A DNA stretch of 64,000 bases. Origin: an uncultured Chitinophaga sp. (lineage in GTDB: Bacteria > Bacteroidota > Bacteroidia > Chitinophagales > LD1). The notes beneath the pieces are model-generated. The model had not been told where the DNA came from and ran no database searches. It saw only the letters and a list, made by a program, of their open reading frames with translations. Both the position numbers and the translations under genes were made by a program. Shown one piece after another: positions 38,562 through 48,306 of this stretch; the first letter of the stretch is position 1, and every line of letters starts with the position of its first letter. The stretch is taken from the NCBI GenBank assembly GCA_964631835.1, contig CAZWAD010000021.1, positions 271 to 64,270 on the forward strand, given 5' to 3'.

Positions 38562-38813
38562 GAACTCCCGAGGGCTTCTGCAACACGTAACAAACCACAA
38601 CCGGAACTCCCGAGGGCTTCTGCAACGTGTAACAAACCTCAACCGGAACTCCCGAGGGCTTCTGCAACGCGTAACAAACCTCAACCGGAACTCCCGAGGG
38701 CTTCTGCAACGCGTAACAAACCCCAACCGGAACTTCCGAGGGCTTCTGCAACACGTAACAACCCCCAACCGGAACAGCGGAGGGCTTCTGTAACAGGTAA
38801 CAAACCAATTTTT
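38562..38813. repeat. Array B: 6 tandem units of exactly 42 nt (GAACTCCCGAGGGCTTCTGCAACGCGTAACAAACCTCAACCG)
   Basis: Units start at 38562, 38604, 38646, 38688, 38730 and 38772. Units 1-5 are about 90% or more identical and unit 6 is degenerate. The array ends 22 nt before the ATG at 38836. Confidence 0.92.
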
Positions 38814-38835
38814 AAACTATAAAACCCAATTTACC

Positions 38836-40038
38836 ATGCCAAAACGTAAACTACCCCGTACCGATGAAGAGCGCGACACCGCACTTCGCACAGCCAAGAA
38901 CCGCAAAGATGCAGTTCCGCCTCCGCTCATTATTCCTTATACCGGAGCTACCATCACGCGGCTCGACACTTTTCAGCCCGCATACCGCACCAAGTACCTG
39001 GCGGTAGCTTCAGCCAAGAACGCCCAAACCGCGCTAACGGAACAAGTGTTAGAAGCCAAGCAGCAAGCCACTTATTATATTCTTGATTTTATAGATGCGC
39101 TCAACCGCGCCATACGCAGAAAACAGTTTTTGCCTTCGGTTCGCGCCTTGTATAATATTGATGTGAATGACGACCGCGCACCTGAAATAGATAATGAAGC
39201 CGATGTAACCACCTGGGGCGAAAACATTGATGCCGGTGAAACCACCCGCATTGCTGCCGGTGGAGCGCCCATTACTTTTCCATCGCTGGCGCAGGTAAAT
39301 ACCGCAGTAGGCAATTTCAATACGCTGAACGCCCAGCAAAGCAACGCGAAAGAAGCCTATGACATAGCCCAGGAAGCACTGGCTGCCGATAACCCCGAAG
39401 CCGATAAACTAATTCTGAAGCTGTGGAACGAAACCGAAACTGCTTTTGACGAAGGCAACAAGAGCAGTATGAGGCGCAAAGCCCGCGAATGGGGGGTGGT
39501 TTATACCATTGCTTCGGGCGAAGTGCTCAGCCCCGAAGAGTTTTCGATTACCGGTAAAATATCCCTGTCGGTTCCGGGCGCACCAGTACCGGTTGCCGAT
39601 GCGGTGATTACTGTGCTGGAAACAGGCGAGTCGGTACTCAGCCAAAGCAATGGCAACTACTTTATTACCGTGCTGCCTGCCGGAACCTACACACTGGTAG
39701 TGGATAAGGTGGGGTACACCTCTCAAACCATCAATAATGTAGCAGTTGTTGAAGGAGAGATAACTACGGTTAACGTTCAATTAGTAACAGCCGCCAGCAA
39801 CGGAAGCATAGTAGGCACGGTTACCCTGGGCGGCAATCCGGCATCGGCTACGGTAAGCATTGACGGCACCACATTCAGCACCAACACCGCCTTTACGGGC
39901 GTTTATACCATCGAAAATATACCGGCAGGAAACATAACGGTGCGCGCAACCATTATTGCCGACCCGGTAAATTTTCAAACACAAAATGTAACCGTGGTTG
40001 CCGGTGTGGCCACCGAAGTAAATTTCAGCTTCCCGTAA
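38836..40038 (+). CDS. Hypothetical protein (orphan N-terminal region plus two CarboxypepD_reg-like beta-sandwich domains), no signal peptide
   Basis: 400 aa with a basic N-terminus (MPKRKLPRTDEERD). The C-terminal segments GNYFITVLPAGTYTLVVDKVGYTSQT and GVYTIENIPAGNITVRA resemble carboxypeptidase-regulatory-like domains. Confidence 0.72.
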   Translation: MPKRKLPRTDEERDTALRTAKNRKDAVPPPLIIPYTGATITRLDTFQPAYRTKYLAVASAKNAQTALTEQVLEAKQQATYYILDFIDALNRAIRRKQFLPSVRALYNIDVNDDRAPEIDNEADVTTWGENIDAGETTRIAAGGAPITFPSLAQVNTAVGNFNTLNAQQSNAKEAYDIAQEALAADNPEADKLILKLWNETETAFDEGNKSSMRRKAREWGVVYTIASGEVLSPEEFSITGKISLSVPGAPVPVADAVITVLETGESVLSQSNGNYFITVLPAGTYTLVVDKVGYTSQTINNVAVVEGEITTVNVQLVTAASNGSIVGTVTLGGNPASATVSIDGTTFSTNTAFTGVYTIENIPAGNITVRATIIADPVNFQTQNVTVVAGVATEVNFSFP

Positions 40039-40105
40039 CCCTGTCATCCTCCGGAGTAGGTGTCCCGCTGCTCAGAGCGGAACCGAGAAGGTAAATAAAG
40101 GAAAA

Positions 40106-40124
40106 GCCCCAAACGGGGCTTTTT
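40106..40124 (+). terminator. Rho-independent terminator of CDS 38836-40038
   Basis: GCCCC-AAAC-GGGGC followed by TTTTT. Confidence 0.7.
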
Positions 40125-40210
40125 GCTTTAACCGAACTATAGGTTTTCAAATAAAAAAACTTGGTTATTTAAAATGAATAGTTACTTTTAGTCAAACAAA
40201 AACACACATT

Positions 40211-42247
40211 ATGAAAAAAAATCTACAAGCTTTTGGTTTTTTCCTACTGTTGTCAGTAAGCGCATTAGCGCAAACACCCATAGCGTCCTACCCGCTTGAT
40301 GGTAATGCTGTTGACGGCTCCGGCAATGGATTTAACGGGACCATTAATGGTAATCCAGTTGCTACATCAAACAGATTCAGCCAGACAAGTAGTGCTATGA
40401 ATTTCGATGGTAATGGAGATTATGTCTTGCTTCCGCTTTCGGCTGATTTTCCAAGCAGAACAGTAATAGCGTGGGTTAACCCGGCAGTAATAGGCACCGG
40501 TGATGGTATTAATGTGATTTATGCCTGCGACTATGCAGCTATTCAAAACGGAGTTACCGTTTTGGCAACCATTGATGACAATATACAAGGTCCGATTTTC
40601 AAGATACAAGCTGACCAGATTTTCTATGAGACACCCGCTTTGACCAATCGCTGGTATCAGTTAGCGGTTACCCGTACCCCGTCTGAGGTAAAAATTTATA
40701 TGGATGGCGCTCTCGTCCATTCCGGCACTAATCCGAATGGTTTGCACTCTGGGAATGGTATTTCGCAAGCGGTAATTGGCGATAGCCGTAATTTTGATGA
40801 GGGGTTTATCGGCAAAATTGATGATGTACTCATTTACAACACCGCTCTTTCCGATAGCGCTATTCTTTTGAACTACCAGGCCTGGCGCGATTCTATTGTT
40901 GAAATTACCGGCAAGGTGTATTTCGACAACAACCAGAATAATGTTTTTGATTCTACTGATCAGCCCATCCGCAACGTTACTGTAAACATAGGCAACAGCG
41001 TTACAGCCATTACCAATGCCAATGGCGATTACACGGCTGTTACGCTTTCCGGAAACTATACCATTACTCCGGTTCTGCCTAATAATATTTCAGCTTTCCC
41101 CGTAAGCCCTGATAGCATTGTTCTTGCTGCCGACACCCTCGGGCGAACCTATTCGGGCAACGATTTTGGCGTTCAGGCGCCCGCCAATTATTGCGATGGC
41201 AGTCTGGCTGTGGTTGCGGTGAACTTCCCGCCCCGCCCCGGATTTACCAACCGGATAAATGTGCGCTATGTAAACGATGTTTCGGTAACGCCAATCAACC
41301 AAACCATAGAGTTTCATTATCCCTCGCAGCAGAGCTATGTTTCAGCAACACCGGCACCTACTGCCGTAGATACCAATCAGCGCACCATTAGCTGGGATAT
41401 TAACGCACTCCCCAGCGGAACGCTGTGGCAGGCTATGGTAACTCTTTATACTCCGCCAACGGTGGCCATGAGTTCGATATTAAGCATGACAGCGGTGGTT
41501 ACCACATCTACCTGTGCGACACTTGACCTCCCTCTTGAAGATAATGCCCAGGTGATAGTGGTCGGCTCTTTCGACCCGAACGACAAGGCGGTATCACCGG
41601 TAGGCGAAGCACCGGGCGGAAGAATTGTGCCGTCAACACCTCAGTTGGATTACACCATCCGCTTTCAGAACACCGGAACTTTTCTGGCTGAAAACGTAAA
41701 CATTGTTGACACCATTTCCCCGCATTTGAATATTTCCACACTGAAGGTGACAGCCGCCTCCCACAATTACCAGGTGTTGCTGGACGGGCGCACAGTTACC
41801 TTCCGCTTCCTGAATATTATGCTGCCCGACAGTAACAGCAACGAACCGCTGAGCCATGGCTTTGTTAAATATACCATAGAGCCTGCCGCCAGTTTTGTTC
41901 AGGGCACGGTTATACAAAACTTTGCCGACATCTATTTCGATTTCAACACACCGGTGCGCACCAACACGGTGCAGAACATGGCTGACATCACCATTGGAAT
42001 TGTAAAGGCAGAGAGCAGCAATCTTACTTTTGATATTTTCCCCAACCCGCTTTCCACCGGCAGCTGGCAGTTGGTTGCTGATGAAACGGCTGTGGGAAAA
42101 GAAATCAGGATGTTTGACGCCACGGGAAGACAAGTTTATACTTCACGCATAACTAACCAGAGGACAGAAATAGACGGAACCTGGTTGCAACAGGGAGTTT
42201 ACTTAGTCAGGATAGAGGGTTCGGTGGTTAGGGTGGTTAAGTTGTAA
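40211..42247 (+). CDS. Secreted LamG-domain protein, T9SS cargo
   Basis: Signal peptide, then a LamG/Laminin_G_3-like N-terminus (YPLDGNAVDGSGNGFNGT...IDDVLIYNTALS), an SFDPNDK motif region and a C-terminal sorting domain (FDIFPNPLSTGSWQL...GVYLVRIE). Confidence 0.85.
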   Translation: MKKNLQAFGFFLLLSVSALAQTPIASYPLDGNAVDGSGNGFNGTINGNPVATSNRFSQTSSAMNFDGNGDYVLLPLSADFPSRTVIAWVNPAVIGTGDGINVIYACDYAAIQNGVTVLATIDDNIQGPIFKIQADQIFYETPALTNRWYQLAVTRTPSEVKIYMDGALVHSGTNPNGLHSGNGISQAVIGDSRNFDEGFIGKIDDVLIYNTALSDSAILLNYQAWRDSIVEITGKVYFDNNQNNVFDSTDQPIRNVTVNIGNSVTAITNANGDYTAVTLSGNYTITPVLPNNISAFPVSPDSIVLAADTLGRTYSGNDFGVQAPANYCDGSLAVVAVNFPPRPGFTNRINVRYVNDVSVTPINQTIEFHYPSQQSYVSATPAPTAVDTNQRTISWDINALPSGTLWQAMVTLYTPPTVAMSSILSMTAVVTTSTCATLDLPLEDNAQVIVVGSFDPNDKAVSPVGEAPGGRIVPSTPQLDYTIRFQNTGTFLAENVNIVDTISPHLNISTLKVTAASHNYQVLLDGRTVTFRFLNIMLPDSNSNEPLSHGFVKYTIEPAASFVQGTVIQNFADIYFDFNTPVRTNTVQNMADITIGIVKAESSNLTFDIFPNPLSTGSWQLVADETAVGKEIRMFDATGRQVYTSRITNQRTEIDGTWLQQGVYLVRIEGSVVRVVKL

Positions 42248-42274
42248 TCTTATTCAATAACTCCATGAGAAAAA

Positions 42275-42300
42275 AGCTCCGCCCGTGCGGGGCTTTTTTT
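42275..42300 (+). terminator. Rho-independent terminator of CDS 40211-42247
   Basis: GC-rich hairpin (GCTCCGCCCGTGCGGGGC) followed by T7. Confidence 0.7.
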
Positions 42301-42326
42301 ATATTTACGATACACGCTTTACCTGC

Positions 42327-44996
42327 ATGAGAAAACTTTTACTTGCTATTCTACTTCTTGTTTGTTTCTCACAAAGCCGGGCGCAGCTTGCCTATACCAA
42401 CCGGTGGTACTTCGGGCAAAATGCGGGGCTTGATTTCAGCGGAGGAGCACCTGTGGCTATTACCGGCAACACGAGTGTAGATGAAGGCACTGCCACCATT
42501 TGCGATGCCACCGGCAATGTGGTTTTTTATACAGACGGAACAAAAATCTGGAACCGGAATAGCCAAATCATGCCTAACGGTAATGGTATTATGGGCGGTT
42601 CCGGTTCATCGCAACAGTCGCCCTTGATTATCAAAAGCCTGAGTTCGCCCACGCAGTATTATGTGTTTACCATTGGCGACCATATTGCTCACATCAACCA
42701 GTTCAGGTACTCGGTGGTTGACATGTGTTTGGACGGAGGTTTGGGTGATGTGGTAACTGCACAGAAAAACATTTTAATCGGAACCGGTTACACCGAATGC
42801 TTAGTGGCTGTCCGCAAACCCAACAATACCGACCTGTGGCTCATTACCACCAAAATGAATTCCAACACCTGGAATGTTTTCACCTTCAATGCCTCAGGGC
42901 TGAATATGACACCGCTGGTAAGCAATGTGGGTCCGCAGTGCGGTAATGAGATTGGCTGGCTGCGGATTAACCATGCAGGAAACAAACTGGCACACTGCAC
43001 CACTTTCAATCCCTGCCGTGCACTCATCCTTTTTGATTTTGACCGGGCCACCGGAATTATCTCCAATCCGGTAACTCTGAATGCGGCTAACGATTTTTAC
43101 GGGGCTGAGTTTTCTCCGAATGACAGCATTCTGTATGTCACCGATGTGTGGTACGACAATTTTATTTTCCAGTATAACGTTTATACCGGTGCGATGGATA
43201 CGGTGGACTATCAGCCTACTTCATTTGCCGGGTACTATCAGTATGGGGCTTTGCAGCTTGGCCCGGATGGAAAAATATATGTGGCGAATTTCGATTCCAC
43301 ATTTGTTTCCTGCATCAACAATCCCAATGTGTGGGGGGCAGGATGCGGCTTTGTGAAACATGCAGTTAATCTTTTGCCAGGTACACGCTCGAAGTTCGGA
43401 TTGAACATTGCGTATCAGAATTATGTTATTGACCCCGATTCGGTGACTGATAATTTTTCTATTACTCTTTCGTGTAATCTGGCTTCGTTCTCAGCTCAAC
43501 TTACCAGCACATACGATTCCATAAAATGGAATTTCGATGAACCTTCTTCCGGAAATAACAACACGGCAAGCGGAAATTCAGTTTCTCATGCTTATGCTTC
43601 TCTCGGCACCTATAATGTGGCGATGTATTTGTTCTCATCATGCAAAACGGATACGATTATCAGACCGGTGAACATCAGCAGTTTGGCTGGAATAACTCCC
43701 ATTCAGCTTGGAAGTGATACCAACTACTGCGGAAGTTTTTCTGTTACTCTTTCTGCCAGCGATGCCGGCACTATTTGGAGCACAGGAGCAACTGCCGCTC
43801 AAATCAATGTAAACACCGGGGGCACTTACTGGGCAAGCTTTACCAACAGTTGCGGAACGGTAAGTGATACTATAGTAATTAATCAAAGTAGTTTGCCAAT
43901 AGTGGGTCTTGGAAATGACACCACACTTTGCAACGGGCAATCGCTGATGCTCAACGCGGCAAATACAGGTTCCACTTACTTGTGGCAGGATAATTCTGTA
44001 ACAGCTACCCTTCCTGTTTCGACAACAGGTGTGTACAGTGTGACAGTGACCAATTCTGCCGGATGCGCGAAGGCTGATACCATTTCCGTAAGCAGTTCCA
44101 ATTTGTTTTTGGCGGTTTCTACCACCAACACCAGTTGTGGTATGAGCAACGGGGCTGTATTGGTGAATGTGCTCACCGGCTCTGCTCCGTTCACCTTTGT
44201 GTGGAACAATGGGGGAACTAATGATACACTCAGCAATCTTACTTCCGGAATCTATTCGGTCACTGTTCATGATGCCACCGGTTGTTCCTCAACTGCGGGT
44301 GCGCTGGTAAATTCTTCCGGTGCAGGCAGTGTAACTGTTTCATCCGATAAAAGTGTGATGTGCTCGGGCGACAGCGCTCATATATGCGCCTCCGGCAGCT
44401 TCGCCAGCTACTTGTGGAACAACGGGCAAACCGGTCAGTGTATTTACACTAAGCTGGCAGGAAATTATTATGTGACCGCCACCGATGCCGGAAACTGTAC
44501 GGCATCTTCCACCGCGCTTCCGCTTGCGGTTTATCCGCTGCCACCGGTTTCCATCAGCGTAAATGGCGACACGCTCACCGGTTACAATGCTGTAACTTAT
44601 CAATGGTATCTCGATGGCTCTCCGATAAGTGGAGCAACATCACCGGTATATATCGCCCAGCAATCGGGCGATTATACTTTACTGGTTACAGACAGCAATG
44701 GTTGCCGGGCTGTTTCAACAATCGTTGCCATCGTTATCGGAGTGAATGATTTACAATTTGAGGAGGGTGTAAATATTTTCCCGAATCCAAATGAAAATGG
44801 TGAGTGGCAATTGGCAGTTGGCAAAGAGTGGCTGGGTGGTTTTGCAGAGGTGTTTGATGTGGCCGGAAGGGTGGTGTACAAATCTGCAATCCGAAATCTG
44901 CAATCCGAAATAACTTTGGACGTTTCGCGGGGAGTTTACCTGTTGCGGATATCCTCGGTACAAAAAATTTATACAGTTAAGCTGTTTAACCTTTAA
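42327..44996 (+). CDS. Large secreted T9SS cargo protein with PKD- and Ig-like repeats
   Basis: The start was moved to the ATG at 42327 (MRKLLLAILLLVCFSQSRAQ); the ORF-track start lies inside the upstream terminator. Contains a PKD-like segment (WNFDEPSSGNN...HAYASLGTYNVAMY), cysteine-paired Ig-like repeats and a C-terminal sorting domain (NIFPNPNENGEWQL...GVYLLRIS). Confidence 0.85.
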   Translation: MRKLLLAILLLVCFSQSRAQLAYTNRWYFGQNAGLDFSGGAPVAITGNTSVDEGTATICDATGNVVFYTDGTKIWNRNSQIMPNGNGIMGGSGSSQQSPLIIKSLSSPTQYYVFTIGDHIAHINQFRYSVVDMCLDGGLGDVVTAQKNILIGTGYTECLVAVRKPNNTDLWLITTKMNSNTWNVFTFNASGLNMTPLVSNVGPQCGNEIGWLRINHAGNKLAHCTTFNPCRALILFDFDRATGIISNPVTLNAANDFYGAEFSPNDSILYVTDVWYDNFIFQYNVYTGAMDTVDYQPTSFAGYYQYGALQLGPDGKIYVANFDSTFVSCINNPNVWGAGCGFVKHAVNLLPGTRSKFGLNIAYQNYVIDPDSVTDNFSITLSCNLASFSAQLTSTYDSIKWNFDEPSSGNNNTASGNSVSHAYASLGTYNVAMYLFSSCKTDTIIRPVNISSLAGITPIQLGSDTNYCGSFSVTLSASDAGTIWSTGATAAQINVNTGGTYWASFTNSCGTVSDTIVINQSSLPIVGLGNDTTLCNGQSLMLNAANTGSTYLWQDNSVTATLPVSTTGVYSVTVTNSAGCAKADTISVSSSNLFLAVSTTNTSCGMSNGAVLVNVLTGSAPFTFVWNNGGTNDTLSNLTSGIYSVTVHDATGCSSTAGALVNSSGAGSVTVSSDKSVMCSGDSAHICASGSFASYLWNNGQTGQCIYTKLAGNYYVTATDAGNCTASSTALPLAVYPLPPVSISVNGDTLTGYNAVTYQWYLDGSPISGATSPVYIAQQSGDYTLLVTDSNGCRAVSTIVAIVIGVNDLQFEEGVNIFPNPNENGEWQLAVGKEWLGGFAEVFDVAGRVVYKSAIRNLQSEITLDVSRGVYLLRISSVQKIYTVKLFNL

Positions 44997-45032
44997 AGGA
45001 AAGTAACTTTTATATTACCAAAACAAGCAGCC

Positions 45033-46742
45033 ATGAGAACTATTACATGCTTATTCGTTTTTCTCTTACTTGTTTCTTCCTGCAATCAGAAATCTTCAGA
45101 CACTGTCAATGCTTTAACCGGTCCTTATTCGGGTACCGTGTGCGGTGGCGAACAGCCGGTGGATACAGCCTGGTATTCATCAGGCAAAAAAGCGCCATTG
45201 TTTAAAGGGTTGGAAGGAATTCATTTTCCCGTGACTACGAAAAATGAAGAAGCACAAAAGTATTTCGACCAGGGACTGATGCTTTCGTTTGGCTTTAACC
45301 ATGCCGAAGCAGCCCGCTCGTTTTACGAAGCCGCACGACTTGACTCCACTTGCGGTATGTGTTGGTGGGGATATGCTTATGTGCTTGGACCTAACTACAA
45401 CGCGGGCATGGAACCTGACAATTATACGCGCGCATACAAGGCTTCGCAACGCGCATTGCAAAATTCATCTTCCGCTACATCTTTGGAGAAAGATTTAATA
45501 AGCGCTCTTTCTTTTCGCTACTCTAATGACACCGCATTAACACGACCCGTTCTCGACTCCGCCTATAGTGCACGGATGAAAAAGGTGTATGAGAAATATA
45601 AAAGTAATGCTACGGTCACCGCACTCTATGCTGAATCGTTGATGGATTTGCACCCCTGGGATTTGTGGCTGAAGAGCGGAGAAGCAAGGCCCTGGACCGG
45701 TGAAATACTCGCAGTACTCGAAACCGGTTTGAAGCTTGACCCAAAACATCCCGGGCTGAACCATTTTTATATCCATGCCTGCGAAGCATCGCAACATGCG
45801 GAAAGAGCTATGGCAAGCGCGGATTTATTGCGGACACTCGTGCCCGGTTCCGGTCATTTAACTCACATGCCGTCACATATTTACATACGCACCGGTCGCT
45901 ATCATGAGGGCACACTCGCCAATCTCCGTGCTGTACAGGTTGACAGCAATTATGTAGAGCAATGCCATGCACAGGGCGCTTACCCGCTGGCTTACTACCC
46001 ACACAACTATCATTTTATTGCTGCTACCGCAACTCTCGAAGGCGATAGAGAGAATGCGTTGATGGCAGCAACGAAGGTGAAAGAGTTGGCACACAAACAG
46101 TTGATGAAAGACCCTGCCTGGTCAACGCTGCAACACTATTATACTATTCCGTGGTTTGTGAAAGTGAAATTCCAAATGTGGAATGAAATACTTGCTGAAC
46201 CGCTGGACAGCACCGGGTTGAAATATCCTTTAGCAGTTCAGCATTACGCAAGAGGAATGGCCTACGTTGGCAAGGATGATGTTTCGAAAGCGAAAGAAGA
46301 ACTGCAAAAACTTACTCAGCTTGCTGCTGATTCATCTGTTGTTCCTCTAACCATTTGGGGGCTGAATAAGATGACGGATATACTGGAGATAGCAAAAAAT
46401 GTGTTGAGTGGTGAAATTTCAGGAAAGGAAAAAAATTATGCGGCTGCGATTGCTGCTCTTAAAAAAGCTGTAACTATTGAAGACCAACTTAATTACGATG
46501 AACCACCCGACTGGTTCTTTTCTGTAAGACATCATTTAGGGATAATGCAATGGTACGCAGGGGAAAAGGATGAGGCAATAAAAACTTATGAGGATGATTT
46601 AAAAATATTCCCTGAAAACATTTGGTCCTTACGCGAACTGTTTACTATGTATAAACAAAACCAAAGAGGGGAAAAAGCCGATGACATGATGAAACGACTA
46701 ATGATTGTCTCGAAAAGTCAAGATGAAGTGATTAAAAGGTAA
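45033..46742 (+). CDS. Helical-repeat (TPR-like) lipoprotein, possibly TTC38-like family
   Basis: Lipoprotein signal (LLLVSSC). All-alpha repeat composition with an HFYIHACE motif. The family assignment is from memory only. Confidence 0.6.
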   Translation: MRTITCLFVFLLLVSSCNQKSSDTVNALTGPYSGTVCGGEQPVDTAWYSSGKKAPLFKGLEGIHFPVTTKNEEAQKYFDQGLMLSFGFNHAEAARSFYEAARLDSTCGMCWWGYAYVLGPNYNAGMEPDNYTRAYKASQRALQNSSSATSLEKDLISALSFRYSNDTALTRPVLDSAYSARMKKVYEKYKSNATVTALYAESLMDLHPWDLWLKSGEARPWTGEILAVLETGLKLDPKHPGLNHFYIHACEASQHAERAMASADLLRTLVPGSGHLTHMPSHIYIRTGRYHEGTLANLRAVQVDSNYVEQCHAQGAYPLAYYPHNYHFIAATATLEGDRENALMAATKVKELAHKQLMKDPAWSTLQHYYTIPWFVKVKFQMWNEILAEPLDSTGLKYPLAVQHYARGMAYVGKDDVSKAKEELQKLTQLAADSSVVPLTIWGLNKMTDILEIAKNVLSGEISGKEKNYAAAIAALKKAVTIEDQLNYDEPPDWFFSVRHHLGIMQWYAGEKDEAIKTYEDDLKIFPENIWSLRELFTMYKQNQRGEKADDMMKRLMIVSKSQDEVIKR

Positions 46743-46769
46743 ACAGCTAGGAATGCCTAAAACGTTTAC

Positions 46770-48302
46770 TCAAATCTCAAACTTAATACCCTGCGCTAAA
46801 GGAAGCTTGGTTCCGTAGTTAATCGTATTGGTTTGCCTACGCATGTAGTTCTTCCAGGCATCGCTGCCGCTTTCGCGTCCCCCACCGGTTTCTTTTTCGC
46901 CACCGAATGCACCGCCAATTTCAGCACCACTTGTACCTATGTTCACGTTTGCAATTCCGCAATCGCTTCCACTTGCAGAAAGAAACTGCTCGGCTTCGCG
47001 AAGATTGGTGGACATAATAGACGAGGAAAGGCCCTGCACAACGCCATTCTGCAACTCAATCGCTTCGTTCAGTGTTTTGTATTTCAGCAAATAGAGAATA
47101 GGGGCAAAAGTTTCATGTTGAACAATTGCCATTTCATTCCGCGCTTCTATAATGCACGGTTTTACGTAGCATCCGCTTTCATATCCTTTTCCTTTCAACA
47201 CTCCTCCTTTTACTAAAACTTTTGCTCCTTCTTTTTTTGCCTTTGAAATGGCTTCTTCATACATCTTCACCGCTTGTTTATCAATCAGCGGACCCACATG
47301 ATTCTTTTCCTCCAGCGGGTTCCCGATTTTGAGTTGCGAATACGCTTTCACTAATCTTTTCTTCACTTCCTCATATTTCGATTCGTGGATTATCAAACGC
47401 CTGGTGGTGGTGCAACGTTGTCCGGCAGTTCCCACGGCTCCGAAAACAACCGCCACCATGGCCATATCAAGGTCGGCATCTTTTGAAATGATGATTGCAT
47501 TATTGCCCCCCAGTTCAAGCAAACTTTTACCAAGACGCGCTGCGACATTTTGTGCCACGGCTTTACCCATTCTTGTCGAGCCGGTGGCCGAAACCAGCGC
47601 AATATTTGAATCCTTTGCCAGCCAATCGCCTACTTTCCAATCGCCCATGATTAAGCAACTGACTCCTTCAGGTAGATTATTTTTCCGAAAAACTTTTGCA
47701 ACGATGTTCTGGCATGCAATTCCGCACAGCGGAGTTTTTTCGGATGGCTTCCAAATACAAACATCACCACACACCCAGGCAAGCATGCTATTCCAACTCC
47801 AAACAGCCACCGGAAAATTAAAAGCGGAAATAATTCCTACAACTCCAAGCGGATGCCATTGCTCATACATCCGGTGCTGTGCTCGCTCGCTGTGCATGGT
47901 AAGTCCATGAAGCTGACGCGAAAGCCCAACAGCAAAATCGCAGATGTCAATCATTTCCTGCACTTCGCCCAATCCTTCCTGCAAACTTTTTCCCATTTCG
48001 TATGAAACCAGTTTGCCGAGTGGTTGTTTGTACAGGCGCAGTTCTTCACCAATTTGACGAACAATTTCACCGCGCTTAGGTGCAGGAATATTTCGCCATT
48101 GCTTGAATGCTTCTTTTGCGGCTGTAATTACTTCGCGGTAATCTTTTTCCGATGTTGCAGCAACTGTTCCAATCAACTTTCCATCCACCGGTGAATAGCT
48201 TTCAATCGTCTCACCTTTTGTTTTCAGCCATTTTGTTCCGGTTGAAGTTCCTGAGTTGGAGGAATTAATGCCGAGTTGTTTGAGAATATCTTTCATAGTC
48301 AC
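46770..48302 (-). CDS. NAD-dependent aldehyde dehydrogenase (ALDH7/aminoadipate-semialdehyde dehydrogenase-like)
   Basis: 510 aa with catalytic motifs LELGGNNA and GTAGQRCT, and an FEI C-terminus typical of the ALDH7 group. Confidence 0.88.
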   Translation of the reverse strand: MTMKDILKQLGINSSNSGTSTGTKWLKTKGETIESYSPVDGKLIGTVAATSEKDYREVITAAKEAFKQWRNIPAPKRGEIVRQIGEELRLYKQPLGKLVSYEMGKSLQEGLGEVQEMIDICDFAVGLSRQLHGLTMHSERAQHRMYEQWHPLGVVGIISAFNFPVAVWSWNSMLAWVCGDVCIWKPSEKTPLCGIACQNIVAKVFRKNNLPEGVSCLIMGDWKVGDWLAKDSNIALVSATGSTRMGKAVAQNVAARLGKSLLELGGNNAIIISKDADLDMAMVAVVFGAVGTAGQRCTTTRRLIIHESKYEEVKKRLVKAYSQLKIGNPLEEKNHVGPLIDKQAVKMYEEAISKAKKEGAKVLVKGGVLKGKGYESGCYVKPCIIEARNEMAIVQHETFAPILYLLKYKTLNEAIELQNGVVQGLSSSIMSTNLREAEQFLSASGSDCGIANVNIGTSGAEIGGAFGGEKETGGGRESGSDAWKNYMRRQTNTINYGTKLPLAQGIKFEI

Positions 48303-48306
48303 AAAT

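Noticed and set aside
38415-38822. 135-aa plus-strand ORF (ELPRASATRNKPQP x6) and two minus-strand ORFs (38514-38768, 38530-38808) across array B.
   Set aside because: Three frames are open at once purely because the 42-nt unit has no stop codons. The ORF would start inside the palindrome region and end at the start of the next gene. There is no coding signal beyond the repeat.
42285-42326. Upstream start of the T9SS protein at 42285 (ORF track).
   Set aside because: That start lies inside the terminator hairpin of the preceding gene. The ATG at 42327 gives a standard signal peptide.
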